64,000 bases of DNA from Eledone cirrhosa (GCA_964016885.1 OZ024744.1:3534001-3598000); one strand, 5' to 3'; counted from the stretch's first letter, positions 24,650 through 38,900 are shown. The notes: generated from the letters alone by a model not told the origin. Made by a program: numbers and translations.

Positions 24650-27600
24650 TGGTGAATAACGAAGTTTTGGGAGAAGACAAGGTCGAGAAAGATAGCTTGG
24701 TGAAGAACGAAGTTTTGAGGGAAGACAAGGTAGAGAAAGATAGCTTGGTGAAGAACGAAGTTCTGATGGGAGACAAGGTAGAGAAAGATAGCTTGGTGAA
24801 GAACGAAATTTTGGGAGAAGACAAGGTAGAGAAAGATATCTTGGTGAAGAACGAAGTTTTGACGGAAGACAAGGTAGAGAAAGATAGCTTGGTGAAGAAT
24901 GACGTTTTGTGGGAAGACAAGGTAGAGAAAGATAGGTTGGTGAAGAACGAAGTTTTGTGTGAAGACAAGCTAGAGAAAGATAGCTTGGTGAAGAACGAAG
25001 TAGTGGGGGAAGACAAGGTAGATAAAGATAGATTGGTGAAGAACGAAGTTTTGAGGGATGACAAGGTAGAGAAAGATGACTTGGTGAAGAACGAAGTTTT
25101 GGGGGAAGACAAGGTAGAGAAAGATAGCTTGGTGAAGAACGAAGTTTTGGGGGAAGACAAGGTAGAGAAAGATAGCTTGGTGAAGAACGAAGTTTTGGGG
25201 GAAGACAAGGTAGAGAAAGATAGCTTGGTGAAGAACGAAGTTTTGAGGGAAGACAAGGTAGAGAAAGATAGCTTGGTGAATAACGAAGTTTTGGGAGAAG
25301 ACAAGGTAGAGAAAGATAGCTTGGTGAAGAACGATGTTTTGAGGGAAGACAAGGTAGAGAAAGATAGCTTTGTGAAGAACGACGTTTTGAGGGGAGACAA
25401 GGTAGAGAAAGATAGCTTGGTGAAGAACGACGTTTTGGGGGAAGACAAGGTAGAGAAAGATAGCTTGCGAAGAACGAAGTTTTGGGGGAAGACAACGTAG
25501 AGAAAGATAGCTTGGTGAAGAACGAAGTTTTGGGGGAGGACAAGGTAGAGAAAGATAGCTTGGTGAAGAACGACGTTTTGAGGGAAGACAAGGTAGAGAA
25601 AGATAGCTTGGTGAAGAACGAAGTTTTGACGGAAGACAAGGTAGAGAAAGATAGCTTGGTGAAGAATGACGTTTTGTGGGAAGACAAGGTAGAGAAAGAT
25701 AGCTTGGTGAAGAACGAAGTTTTGAGGGAAGACAAGGTAGAGAAAGATAGCTTGGTGAATAACGAAGTTTTGGGAGAAGACAATGTCGAGAAAGATAGCT
25801 TGGTGAAGAACGAAGTTTTGAGGGAAGACAAGGTAGAGAAAGATAGCTTGGTGAAGAACGAAGTTTTGGGGGAAGACAAGGTAGAGAAAGATAGCTTGGT
25901 GAAGAACGAAGTTTTGGGGGAAGACAAGGTAGAGAAAGATAGCTTGGTGAAGAACGAAGTTTTGAGGGAAGACAAGGTAGAGAAAGATAGCTTGGTGAAG
26001 AACGACGTTTTGTGGGAAGACAAGGTAGAGAAAGATAGCTTGGTGAAGAACGAAGTTTTGTGGGAAGTCAAGGTAGAGAAAGATAGCTTGGTGAAGAACG
26101 AAGTTTTGGGGGAAGACAAGGTAGAGAAAGATAGCTTGGTGAAGAACGAAGTTTTGGGGGAAGACAAGGTAGAGAAAGATAGCTTGGTGAACAACGAAGT
26201 TTTGGGGGAAGACAAGGTAGAAAAAGATAGCTTGGTAAAGAACGAAGTTTTGGGGAAAACAATGTAGAGAAAGATAGCTTGGTGAAGAACGAAGTTTTGG
26301 GGGAAGACAAGGTAGAGAAAGATAGCTTGGTGAAGAACGAAGTTTTGGGGAAGACAATGTAGAGAAAGATAGCTTGGTGAAGAACGAAGTTGTGGGGGAA
26401 GACAAGGTAGAGAAAGATAGCTTGGTGAAGAACGAAGTTTTGGGGGAAGACAAGGTAGAGAAAGATAGCTTGGTGAAGAACGACGTTTTGAGGGAAGACA
26501 AGGTAGAGAAAGATAGCTTGGTGAAGAACGATGTTTTGGGGAAGACACTGTAGAGAAAGATAGCTTGGTGAAGAACGAAGTTTTGAGGGAAGACAAGGTA
26601 GAGAAAGATAGCTTGGTGAATAACGAAGTTTGGGAGAAGACAAGGTAGAGAAAGATAGTTGGTGAAGAACGAAGTTTTGAGGGAAGACAAGGTAGAGAAA
26701 GATAGCTTGGTGAAGAACGACGTTTTGAGGGAAGACAAGGTAGAGAAAGATAGCTTGGTGAAGAACGACGTTTTGTGGGAAGACAAGGTAGAGAAAGATA
26801 GCTTGGTGAAGAACGAAATTTTGGGGGAAGACAAGGTAGAGAAAGATAGCTTGGTGAAGAACGAAGTTTTGGGGAAGACAATGTAGAGAAAGATAGCTTG
26901 GTGAAGAACGAAGTTTTGGGGGAAGACAAGGTAGAGAAAGATAGCTTGGTGAAGAACGAAGTTTTGAGGGAAGACAAGGTAGAGAAAGATAGCTTGGTGA
27001 ATAACGAAGTTTTGGGAGAAGACAAGGTAGAGAAAGATAGCTTGGTGAAGAACGACGTTTTGAGGGAAGACAAGGTAGAGAAAGATAGCTTGGTGAAGAA
27101 CGAAGTTTTGGGGAAGACAATGTAGAGAAAGATAGCTTGGTGAAGAACGAAGTTTGGAGGGAGACAAGGTAGAGAAAGATAGCTTGGTGAAGAACGAGGT
27201 TTTGAGGGAAGACAAGGTAGAGAAAGATAGCTTGGTGAATAACGAAGTTTTGGGAGAAGACAAGGTCGAGAAAGATAGCTTGGTGAAGAACGAAGTTTTG
27301 AGGGAAGACAAGGTAGAGAAAGATAGCTTGGTGAAGAACGAAGTTCTGATGGGAGACAAGGTAGAGAAAGATAGCTTGGTGAAGAACGAAATTTTGGGAG
27401 AAGACAAGGTAGAGAAAGATATCTTGGTGAAGAACGAAGTTTTGACGGAAGACAAGGTAGAGAAAGATAGCTTGGTGAAGAATGACGTTTTGTGGGAAGA
27501 CAAGGTAGAGAAAGATAGGTTGGTGAAGAACGAAGTTTTGTGTGAAGACAAGCTAGAGAAAGATAGCTTGGTGAAGAACGAAGTTTTGGGGGAAGACAAG

Positions 27601-29900
27601 GTAGATAAAGATAGATTGGTGAAGAACGAAGTTTTGAGGGATGACAAGGTAGAGAAAGATGACTTGGTGAAGAACGAAGTTTTGGGGGAAGACAAGGTAG
27701 AGAAAGATAGCTTGGTGAAGAACGAAGTTTTGGGGGAAGACAAGGTAGAGAAAGATAGCTTGGTGAAGAACGAAGTTTTGGGGGAAGACAAGGTAGAGAA
27801 AGATAGCTTGGTGAAGAACGAAGTTTTGAGGGAAGACAAGGTAGAGAAAGATAGCTTGGTGAATAACGAAGTTTTGGGAGAAGACAAGGTAGAGAAAGAT
27901 AGCTTGGTGAAGAACGATGTTTTGAGGGAAGACAAGGTAGAGAAAGATAGCTTTGTGAAGAACGACGTTTTGAGGGGAGACAAGGTAGAGAAAGATAGCT
28001 TGGTGAAGAACGACGTTTTGTGGGAAGACAAGGTAAAGAAAGATAGCTTGGTGAAGAACGAAGTTTTGGGGGAAGACAAGGTAGAGAAAGATAGCTTGCG
28101 AAGAACGAAGTTTTGGGGGAAGACAACGTAGAGAAAGATAGCTTGGTGAAGAACGAAGTTTTGGGGGAGGACAAGGTAGAGAAAGATAGCTTGGTGAAGA
28201 ACGACGTTTTGAGGGAAGACAAGGTAGAGAAAGATAGCTTGGTGAAGAACGAAGTTTTGACGGAAGACAAGGTAGAGAAAGATAGCTTGGTGAAGAATGA
28301 CGTTTTGTGGGAAGACAAGGTAGAGAAAGATAGCTTGGTGAAGAACGAAGTTTTGAGGGAAGACAAGGTAGAGAAAGATAGCTTGGTGAATAACGAAGTT
28401 TTGGGAGAAGACAATGTCGAGAAAGATAGCTTGGTGAAGAACGAAGTTTTGAGGGAAGACAAGGTAGAGAAAGATAGCTTGGTGAAGAACGAAGTTTTGG
28501 GGGAAGACAAGGTAGAGAAAGATAGCTTGGTGAAGAACGAAGTTTTGGGGGAAGACAAGGTAGAGAAAGATAGCTTGGTGAAGAACGAAGTTTTGAGGGA
28601 AGACAAGGTAGAGAAAGATAGCTTGGTGAAGAACGACGTTTTGTGGGAAGACAAGGTAGAGAAAGATAGCTTGGTGAAGAACGAAGTTTTGTGGGAAGTC
28701 AAGGTAGAGAAAGATAGCTTGGTGAAGAACGAAGTTTTGGGGGAAGACAAGGTAGAGAAAGATAGCTTGGTGAAGAACGAAGTTTTGGGGGAAGACAAGG
28801 TAGAGAAAGATAGCTTGGTGAACAACGAAGTTTTGGGGGAAGACAAGGTAGAAAAAGATAGCTTGGTAAAGAACGAAGTTTTGGGGAAAACAATGTAGAG
28901 AAAGATAGCTTGGTGAAGAACGAAGTTTTGGGGGAAGACAAGGTAGAGAAAGATAGCTTGGTGAAGAACGAAGTTTTGGGGAAGACAATGTAGAGAAAGA
29001 TAGCTTGGTGAAGAACGAAGTTGTGGGGGAAGACAAGGTAGAGAAAGATAGCTTGGTGAAGAACGAAGTTTTGGGGGAAGACAAGGTAGAGAAAGATAGC
29101 TTGGTGAAGAACGACGTTTTGAGGGAAGACAAGGTAGAGAAAGATAGCTTGGTGAAGAACGATGTTTTGGGGAAGACACTGTAGAGAAAGATAGCTTGGT
29201 GAAGAACGGAGTTTTGAGGGAAGACAAGGTAGAGAAAGATAGCTTGGTGAATAACGAAGTTTGGGAGAAGACAAGGTAGAGAAAGATAGTTGGTGAAGAA
29301 CGAAGTTTTGAGGGAAGACAAGGTAGAGAAAGATAGCTTGGTGAAGAACGACGTTTTGAGGGAAGACAAGGTAGAGAAAGATAGCTTGGTGAAGAACGAC
29401 GTTTTGTGGGAAGACAAGGTAGAGAAAGATAGCTTGGTGAAGAACGAAATTTTGGGGGAAGACAAGGTAGAGAAAGATAGCTTGGTGAAGAACGAAGTTT
29501 TGGGGAAGACAATGTAGAGAAAGATAGCTTGGTGAAGAACGAAGTTTTGGGGGAAGACAAGGTAGAGAAAGATAGCTTGGTGAAGAACGAAGTTTTGAGG
29601 GAAGACAAGGTAGAGAAAGATAGCTTGGTGAATAACGAAGTTTTGGGAGAAGACAAGGTAGAGAAAGATAGCTTGGTGAAGAACGACGTTTTGAGGGAAG
29701 ACAAGGTAGAGAAAGATAGCTTGGTGAAGAACGAAGTTTTGGGGAAGACAATGTAGAGAAAGATAGCTTGGTGAAGAACGAAGTTTGGAGGGAGACAAGG
29801 TAGAGAAAGATAGCTTGGTGAAGAACGAAGTTTTGAGGGAAGACAAGGTAGAGAAAGATAGCTTGGTGAATAACGAAGTTTTGGGAGAAGACAAGGTAGA
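24650..29900. repeat. Higher-order tandem duplication, offset 2631 bp (55 monomers)
   Basis: ORF pairs 25482/28113, 26659/29290 and 26898/29529. The private variant GTTTGGAGGGAGAC occurs at ~27152 and ~29783. Boundaries are approximate. Confidence 0.85.
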
Positions 29901-32900
29901 GAAAGATAGTTGGTGAAGAACGAAGTTTTGAAGGAAGACAAGGCAGAGAAAGATAGCTTGGTGAAGAACGAAGTTTTGAGGGAAGACAAGGTAGAGAAAG
30001 ATAGCTTGGTGAAGAACGACGTTTTGTGGGAAGACAAGGTAGAGAAAGATAGCTTGGTGAAGAACGAAGTTTTGGGGGAAGACAAGGTAGAGAAAGATAG
30101 CTTGGTGAAGAACGAAGTTTTGGGGGAAGACAAGGTAGAGAAAGATAGCTTGGTGAAGAACGAAGTTTTGAGGGAAAACAAGGTAGAGAAAGATAGCTTG
30201 GTGAATAACGAAGTTTTGGGAGAAGACAAGGTGGAGAAAGATAGCTTGGTGAAGAACGAATTTTGAGGGAAGACAAGGTAGAGAAAGATAGCTTGGTGAA
30301 GAACGACGTTTTGTGGGAAGACAAGGGAGAGAAAGATAGATTGGTGAAGGACGAAGTTTTGAGGGATGACAAGGTAGAGAAAGATGACTTGGTGAAGAAC
30401 GAAGTTTTGGGGGAAGACAAGGTAGAGAAAGATAGCTTGGTGAAGAACGAAGTTTTGAGGGAAGACAAGGTAGAGAAAGATAGCTTGGTGAAGAACGAAG
30501 TTTTGGGGGAAGACAATGTAGAGAAAGATATATTGGTGAAGAACGAAGTTTTGGGGAAGACAATGTAGAGAAAGATAGCTTGGTGAAGAACGAAGTTTTG
30601 GGGGAAGACAAGGTAGAGAAAGATAGCTTGGTGAAGAACGAAGTTTTGGGGGAAGACAAGGTAGAGAAAGATAGCTTGGTGAAGAACGACGTTTTGAGGG
30701 AAGACAAGGTAGAGAAAGATAGCTTGGTGAAGAACGACGTTTTGAGGGAAGACAAGGTAGAGAAAGATAGCTTGGTGAAGAACGAAGTTTTGACGGAAGA
30801 CAAGGTAGAGAAAGATAGCTTGGTGAAGAATGACGTTTTGTGGGAAGACAAGGTAGAGAGAGATAGCTTGGTGAAGAACGAATTTTTGAGGGAAGACAAG
30901 GTAGAGAAAGATAGCTTGGTGAATAACGAAGTTCTGGGAGAAGACAAGGTCGAGAAAGATAGCTTGGTGAAGAACGAAGTTTTGAGGGAAGACAAGGTAG
31001 AGAAAGATAGCTTGGTGAAGAACGAAGTTCTGATGGGAGACAAGGTAGAGAAAGATAGCTTGGTGAAAAACGAAATTTTGGGAGAAGACAAGGTAGAGAA
31101 AGATATCTTGGTGAAGAACGAAGTTTTGACGGAAGACAAGGTAGAGAAAGATAGCTTGGTGAAGAATGACGTTTTGTGGGAAGACAAGGTAGAGAAAGAT
31201 AGGTTGGTGAAGAACGAAGTTTTGTGTAGACAAGCTAGAGAAAGATAGCTTGGTGAAGAACGAAGTTTTGGGGGGAAGACAAGGTAGATAAAGATAGATT
31301 GGTGAAGAACGAAGTTTTGAGGGATGACAAGGTAGAGAAAGATGACTTGGTGAAGAACGAAGTTTTGGGGGAAGACAAGGTAGAGAAAGATAGCTTGGTG
31401 AAGAACGAAGTTTTGGGGGAAGACAAGGTAGAGAAAGATAGCTTGGTGAAGAACGAAGTTTTGGGGGAAGACAAGGTAGAGAAAGATAGCTTGGTGAAGA
31501 AGGAAGTTTTGAGGGAAGACAAGGTAGAGAAAGATAGCTTGGTGAATAACGAAGTTTTGGGAGAAGACAAGGTAGAGAAAGATAGCTTGGTGAAGAACGA
31601 TGTTTTGAGGGAAGACAAGGTAGAGAAAGATAGCTTTGTGAAGAACGACGTTTTGAGGGGAGACAAGGTAGAGAAAGATAGCTTGGTGAAGAACGACGTT
31701 TTGTGGGAAGACAAGGTAAAGAAAGATAGCTTGGTGAAGAACGAAGTTTTGGGGGAAGACAAGGTAGAGAAAGATAGCTTGCGAAGAACGAAGTTTTGGG
31801 GGAAGACAACGTAGAGAAAGATAGCTTGGTGAAGAACGAAGTTTTGGGGGAGGACAAGGTAGAGAAAGATAGCTTGGTGAAGAACGACGTTTTGAGGGAA
31901 GACAAGGTAGAGAAAGATAGCTTGGTGAAGAACGAAGTTTTGACGGAAGACAAGGTAGAGAAAGATAGCTTGGTGAAGAATGACGTTTTGTGGGAAGACA
32001 AGGTAGAGAAAGATAGCTTGGTGAAGAACGAAGTTTTGAGGGAAGACAAGGTAGAGAAAGATAGCTTGGTGAATAACGAAGTTTTGGGAGGAGACAATGT
32101 CGAGAAAGATAGCTTGGTGAAGAACGAAGTTTTGAGGGAAGACAAGGTAGAGAAAGATAGCTTGGTGAAGAACGAAGTTTTGGGGGAAGACAAGGTAGAG
32201 AAAGATAGCTTGGTGAAGAACGAAGTTTTGGGGGAAGACAAGGTAGAGAAAGATAGCTTGGTGAAGAACGAAGTTTTGAGGGAAGACAAGGTAGAGAAAG
32301 ATAGCTTGGTGAAGAACGACGTTTTGTGGGAAGACAAGGTAGAGAAAGATAGCTTGGTGAAGAACGAAGTTTTGTGGGAAGTCAAGGTAGAGAAAGATAG
32401 CTTGGTGAAGAACGAAGTTTTGGGGGAAGACAAGGTAGAGAAAGATAGCTTGGTGAAGAACGAAGTTTTGGGGGAAGACAAGGTAGAGAAAGATAGCTTG
32501 GTGAACAACGAAGTTTTGGGGGAAGACAAGGTAGAAAAAGATAGCTTGGTAAAGAACGAAGTTTTGGGGAAAACAATGTAGAGAAAGATAGCTTGGTGAA
32601 GAACGAAGTTTTGGGGGAAGACAAGGTAGAGAAAGATAGCTTGGTGAAGAACGAAGTTTTGGGGAAGACAATGTAGAGAAAGATAGCTTGGTGAAGAACG
32701 AAGTTGTGGGGGAAGACAAGGTAGAGAAAGATAGCTTGGTGAAGAACGAAGTTTTGGGGGAAGACAAGGTAGAGAAAGATAGCTTGGTGAAGAACGATGT
32801 TTTGGGGAAGACACTGTAGAGAAAGATAGCTTGGTGAAGAACGAAGTTTTGAGGGAAGACAAGGTAGAGAAAGATAGCTTGGTGAATAACGAAGTTTGGG

Positions 32901-35900
32901 AGAAGACAAGGTAGAGAAAGATAGTTGGTGAAGAACGAAGTTTTGAGGGAAGACAAGGTAGAGAAAGATAGCTTGGTGAAGAACGACGTTTTGAGGGAAG
33001 ACAAGGTAGAGAAAGATAGCTTGGTGAAGAACGACGTTTTATGGGAAGACAAGGTAGAGAAAGATAGCTTGGTGAAGAACGAAGTTTTGGGGGAAGACAA
33101 GGTAGAGAAAGATAGCTTGGTGAAGAACGAAGTTTTGGGGAAGACAATGTAGAGAAAGATAGCTTGGTGAAGAACGAAGTTTTGGGGGAAGACAAGGTAG
33201 AGAAAGATAGCTTGGTGAAGAACGAAGTTTTGAGGGAAGACAAGGTAGAGAAAGATAGCTTGGTGAATAACGAAGTTTTGGGAGAAGACAAGGTAGAGAA
33301 AGATAGCTTGGTGAAGAACGACGTTTTGAGGGAAGACAAGGTAGAGAAAGATAGCTTGGTGAAGAACGAAGTTTTGGGGAAGACAATGTAGAGAAAGATA
33401 GCTTGGTGAAGAACGAAGTTTTGGGGGAAGACAAGGTAGAGAAAGATAGCTTGGTGAAGAACGAAGTTTTGAGGGAAGACAAGGTAGAGAAAGATAGCTT
33501 GGTGAATAACGAAGTTTTGGGAGAAGACAAGGTAGATAAAGATAGTTGGTGAAGAACGAAGTTTTGAAGGAAGACAAGGCAGAGAAAGATAGCTTGGTGA
33601 AGAACGAAGTTTTGAGGGAAGACAAGGTAGAGAAAGATAGCTTGGTGAAGAACGACGTTTTGTGGGAAGACAAGGTAGAGAAAGATAGCTTGGTGAAGAA
33701 CGAAGTTTTGGGGGAAGACAAGGTAGAGAAAGATAGCTTGGTGAAGAACGAAGTTTTGGGGGAAGACAAGGTAGAGAAAGATAGCTTGGTGAAGAACGAA
33801 GTTTTGAGGGAAAACAAGGTAGAGAAAGATAGCTTGGTGAATAACGAAGTTTTGGGAGGAGACAAGGTGGAGAAAGATAGCTTGGTGAAGAACGAATTTT
33901 GAGGGAAGACAAGGTAGAGAAAGATAGCTTGGTGAAGAACGACGTTTTGTGGGAAGACAAGGGAGAGAAAGATAGATTGGTGAAGGACGAAGTTTTGAGG
34001 GATGACAAGGTAGAGAAAGATGACTTGGTGAAGAACGAAGTTTTGGGGGAAGACAAGGTAGAGAAAGATAGCTTGGTGAAGAACGAAGTTTTGGGGGAAG
34101 ACAAGGTAGAGAAAGATAGCTTGGTGAAGAACGAAGTTTTGGGGGAAGACAAGGTAGAGAAAGATAGCTTGGTGAAGAACGAAGTTTTGAGGGAAGACAA
34201 GGTAGAGAAAGATAGCTTGGTGAATAACGAAGTTTTGGGAGAATACAAGGTAGAGAAAGATAGCTTGGTGAAGAACGATGTTTTGAGGGAAGACAAGGTA
34301 GAGAAAGATAGCTTGGTGAAGAACGACGTTTTGAGGGAAGACAAGGTAGAGAAAGATAGCTTGGTGAAGAACGACGTTTTGTGGGAAGACAAGGTAGAGA
34401 AAGATAGCTTGGTGAAGAACGAAGTTTTGGGGGAAGACAAGGTAGAGAAAGATAGCTTGCGAAGAACGAAGTTTTGGGGGAAGACAAGGTAGAGAAAGAT
34501 AGCTTGGTGAAGAACGAAGTTTTGGGGGAGGACAAGGTAGAGAAAGATAGCTTGGTGAAAAACGACGTTTTGAGGGAAGGCAAGGTAGAGAAAGATAGCT
34601 TGGTGAAGAACGAAGTTTTGACGGAAGACAAGGTAGAGAAAGATAGCTTGGTGAAGAATGACGTTTTGTGGGAAGACAAGGTAGAGAAAGATAGCTTGGT
34701 GAATAACGAAGTTTTGAGGGAAGACAAGGTAGAGAAAGATAGCTTGGTGAAGAACGAAGTTTTGGGGGAAGACAAGGTAGAGAAAGATAGCTTGGTGAAG
34801 AACGAAGTTTTGAGGGAAGACAAGGTAGAGAAAGATAGCTTGGTGAAGAACGACGTTTTGTGGGAAGACAAGGTAGAGAAAGATAGCTTGGTGAAGAACG
34901 AAGTTTTGTGGGAAGTCAAGGTAGAGAAAGATAGCTTGGTGAAGAACGAAGTTTTGGGGGAAGGCAAGGTAGAGAAATATAGCTTGGTGAACAACGAAGT
35001 TTTGGGGGAAGACAAGGTAGAGAAAGATAGCTTGGTGAACAACGAAGTTTTGGGGGAAGACAAGGTAGAAAAAGATAGCTTGGTAAAGAACGAAGTTTTG
35101 GGGAACACAATGTAGAGAAAGATAGCTTGGTGAAGAACGAAGTTTTGGGGGAAGACAAGGTAGAGAAAGATAGCTTGGTGAAGAACGAAGTTTTGGGGAA
35201 GACAATGTAGAGAAAGATAGCTTGGTGAAGAACGAAGTTGTGGGGGAAGACAAGGTAGAGAAAGATAGCTTGGTGAAGAACGAAGTTTTGGGGGAAGACA
35301 AGGTAGAGAAAGATAGCTTGGTGAAGAACGACGTTTTGAGGGAAGACAAGGTAGAGAAAGATAGCTTGGTGAAGAACGATGTTTTGGGGAAGACACTGTA
35401 GAGAAAGATAGCTTGGTGAAGAACGAAGTTTTGAGGGAAGACAAGGTAGAGAAAGATAGCTTGGTGAATAACGAATTTTGGGAGAAGACAAGGTAGAGAA
35501 AGATAGTTGGTGAAGAACGAAGTTTTGAGGGAAGACAAGGTAGAGAAAGATAGCTTGGTGAAGAACGACGTTTTGAGGGAAGACAAGGTAGAGAAAGATA
35601 GCTTGGTGAAGAACGACGTTTTGTGGGAAGACAAGGTAGAGAAAGATAGCTTGGTGAAGAACGAAGTTTTGGGGGAAGACAAGGTAGAGAAAGATAGCTT
35701 GGTGAAGAACGAAGTTTTGGGGAAGACGATGTAGAGAAAGATAGCTTGGTGAAGAACGAAGTTTTGGGGGAAGACAAGGTAGAGAAAGATAGCTTGGTGA
35801 AGAACGAAGTTTTGAGGGAAGACAAGGTAGAGAAAGATAGCTTGGTGAATAACGAAGTTTTGGGAGAAGACAAGGTAGAGAAAGATAGCTTGGTGAAGAA

Positions 35901-38900
35901 CGACGTTTTGAGGGAAGACAAGGTAGAGAAAGATAGCTTGGTGAAGAACGAAGTTTTGGGGAAGACAATGTAGAGAAAGATAGCTTGGTGAAGAACGAAG
36001 TTTTGGGGGAAGACAAGGTAGAGAAAGATAGCTTGGTGAAGAACGAAGTTTTGAGGGAAGACAAGGTAGAGAAAGATAGCTTGGTGAATAACGAAGTTTT
36101 GGGAGAAGACAAGGTAGAGAAAGATAGTTGGTGAAGAACGAAGTTTTGAAGGAAGACAAGGCAGAGAAAGATAGCTTGGTGAAGAACGAAGTTTTGAGGG
36201 AAGACAAGGTAGAGAAAGATAGCTTGGTGAAGAACGACGTTTTGTGGGAAGACAAGGTAGAGAAAGATAGCTTGGTGAAGAACGAAGTTTTGGGGGAAGA
36301 CAAGGTAGAGAAAGATAGCTTGGTGAAGAACGAAGTTTTGGGGAAGACAATGTAGAGAAAGATAGCTTGGTGAAGAACGAAGTTTTGGGGGAAGACAAGG
36401 TAGAGAAAGATAGCTTGGTGAAGAACGAAGTTTTGAGGGAAGACAAGGTAGAGAAAGATAGCTTGGTGAATAACGAAGTTTTGGGAGAAGACAAGGTAGA
36501 GAAAGATAGCTTGGTGAAGAACGACGTTTTGAGGGAAGACAAGGTAGAGAAAGATAGCTTGGTGAAGAACGAAGTTTTGGGGAAGACAATGTAGAGAAAG
36601 ATAGCTTGGTGAAGAACGAAGTTTTGGGGGAAGACAAGGTAGAGAAAGATAGCTTGGTGAAGAACGAAGTTTTGAGGGAAGACAAGGTAGAGAAAGATAG
36701 CTTGGTGAATAACGAAGTTTTGGGAGAAGACAAGGTAGAGAAAGATAGTTGGTGAAGAACGAAGTTTTGAAGGAAGACAAGGCAGAGAAAGATAGCTTGG
36801 TGAAGAACGAAGTTTTGAGGGAAGACAAGGTAGAGAAAGATAGCTTGGTGAAGAACGACGTTTTGTGGGAAGACAAGGTAGAGAAAGATAGCTTGGTGAA
36901 GAACGAAGTTTTGGGGGAAGACAAGGTAGAGAAAGATAGCTTGGTGAAGAACGAAGTTTTGGGGGAAGACAAGGTAGAGAAAGATAGCTTGGTGAAGAAC
37001 GAAGTTTTGAGGGAAAACAAGGTAGAGAAAGATAGCTTGGTGAATAACGAAGTTTTGGGAGGAGACAAGGTGGAGAAAGATAGCTTGGTGAAGAACGAAT
37101 TTTGAGGGAAGACAAGGTAGAGAAAGATAGCTTGGTGAAGAACGACGTTTTGTGGGAAGACAAGGGAGAGAAAGATAGATTGGTGAAGGACGAAGTTTTG
37201 AGGGATGACAAGGTAGAGAAAGATGACTTGGTGAAGAACGAAGTTTTGGGAGAAGACAAGGTAGAGAAAGATAGCTTGGTGAAGAACGAAGTTTTGGGGG
37301 AAGACAAGGTAGAGAAAGATAGCTTGGTGAAGAACGAAGTTTTGGGGGAAGACAAGGTAGAGAAAGATAGCTTGGTGAATAACGAAGTTTTGGGAGAATA
37401 CAAGGTAGAGAAAGATAGCTTGGTGAAGAACGATGTTTTGAGGGAAGACAAGGTAGAGAAAGATAGCTTGGTGAAGAACGACGTTTTGAGGGAAGACAAG
37501 GTAGAGAAAGATAGCTTGGTGAAGAACGACGTTTTGTGGGAAGACAAGGTAGAGAAAGATAGCTTGGTGAAGAACGAAGTTTTGGGGGAAGACAAGGTAG
37601 AGAAAGATAGCTTGCGAAGAACGAAGTTTTGGGGGAAGACAAGGTAGAGAAAGATAGCTTGGTGAAGAACGAAGTTTTGGGGGAGGACAAGGTAGAGAAA
37701 GATAGCTTGGTGAAGAACGACGTTTTGAGGGAAGGCAAGGTAGAGAAAGATAGCTTGGTGAAGAACGAAGTTTTGACGGAAGACAAGGTAGAGAAAGATA
37801 GCTTGGTGAAGAATGACGTTTTGTGGGAAGACAAGGTAGAGAAAGATAGGTTGGTGAATAACGAAGTTTTGAGGGAAGACAAGGTAGAGAAAGATAGCTT
37901 GGTGAAGAACGAAGTTTTGGGGGAAGACAAGGTAGAGAAAGATAGCTTGGTGAAGAACGAAGTTTTGAGGGAAGACAAGGTAGAGAAAGATAGCTTGGTG
38001 AAGAACGACGTTTTGTGGGAAGACAAGGTAGAGAAAGATAGCTTGGTGAAGAACGAAGTTTTGTGGGAAGTCAAGGTAGAGAAAGATAGCTTGGTGAAGA
38101 ACGAAGTTTTGGGGGAAGACAAGGTAGAGAAATATAGCTTGGTGAACAACGAAGTTTTGGGGGAAGACAAGGTAGAGAAAGATAGCTTGGTGAACATGAA
38201 GTTTTGGGGGAAGACAAGGTAGAAAAAGATAGCTTGGTAAAGAACGAAGTTTTGGGGAAAACAATGTAGAGAAAGATAGCTTGGTGAAGAACGAAGTTTT
38301 GGGGGAAGACAAGGTAGAGAAAGATAGCTTGGTGAAGAACGAAGTTTTGGGGAAGACAATGTAGAGAAAGATAGCTTGGTGAAGAACGAAGTTGTGGGGG
38401 AAGACAAGGTAGAGAAAGATAGCTTGGTGAAGAACGAAGTTTTGGGGGAAGACAAGGTAGAGAAAGATAGCTTGGTGAAGAACGACGTTTTGAGGGAAGA
38501 CAAGGTAGAGAAAGATAGCTTGGTGAAGAACGATGTTTTGGGGAAGACACTGTAGAGAAAGATAGCTTGGTGAAGAACGAAGTTTTGAGGGAAGACAAGG
38601 TAGAGAAAGATAGCTTGGTGAATAACGAAGTTTGGGAGAAGACAAGGTAGAGAAAGATAGTTGGTGAAGAACGAAGTTTTGAGGGAAGACAAGGTAGAGA
38701 AAGATAGCTTGGTGAAGAACGACGTTTTGAGGGAAGACAAGGTAGAGAAAGATAGCTTGGTGAAGAACGACGTTTTGTGGGAAGACAAGGTAGAGAAAGA
38801 TAGCTTGGTGAAGAACGAAGTTTTGGGGGAAGACAAGGTAGAGAAAGATAGCTTGGTGAAGAACGAAGTTTTGGGGAAGACAATGTAGAGAAAGATAGCT

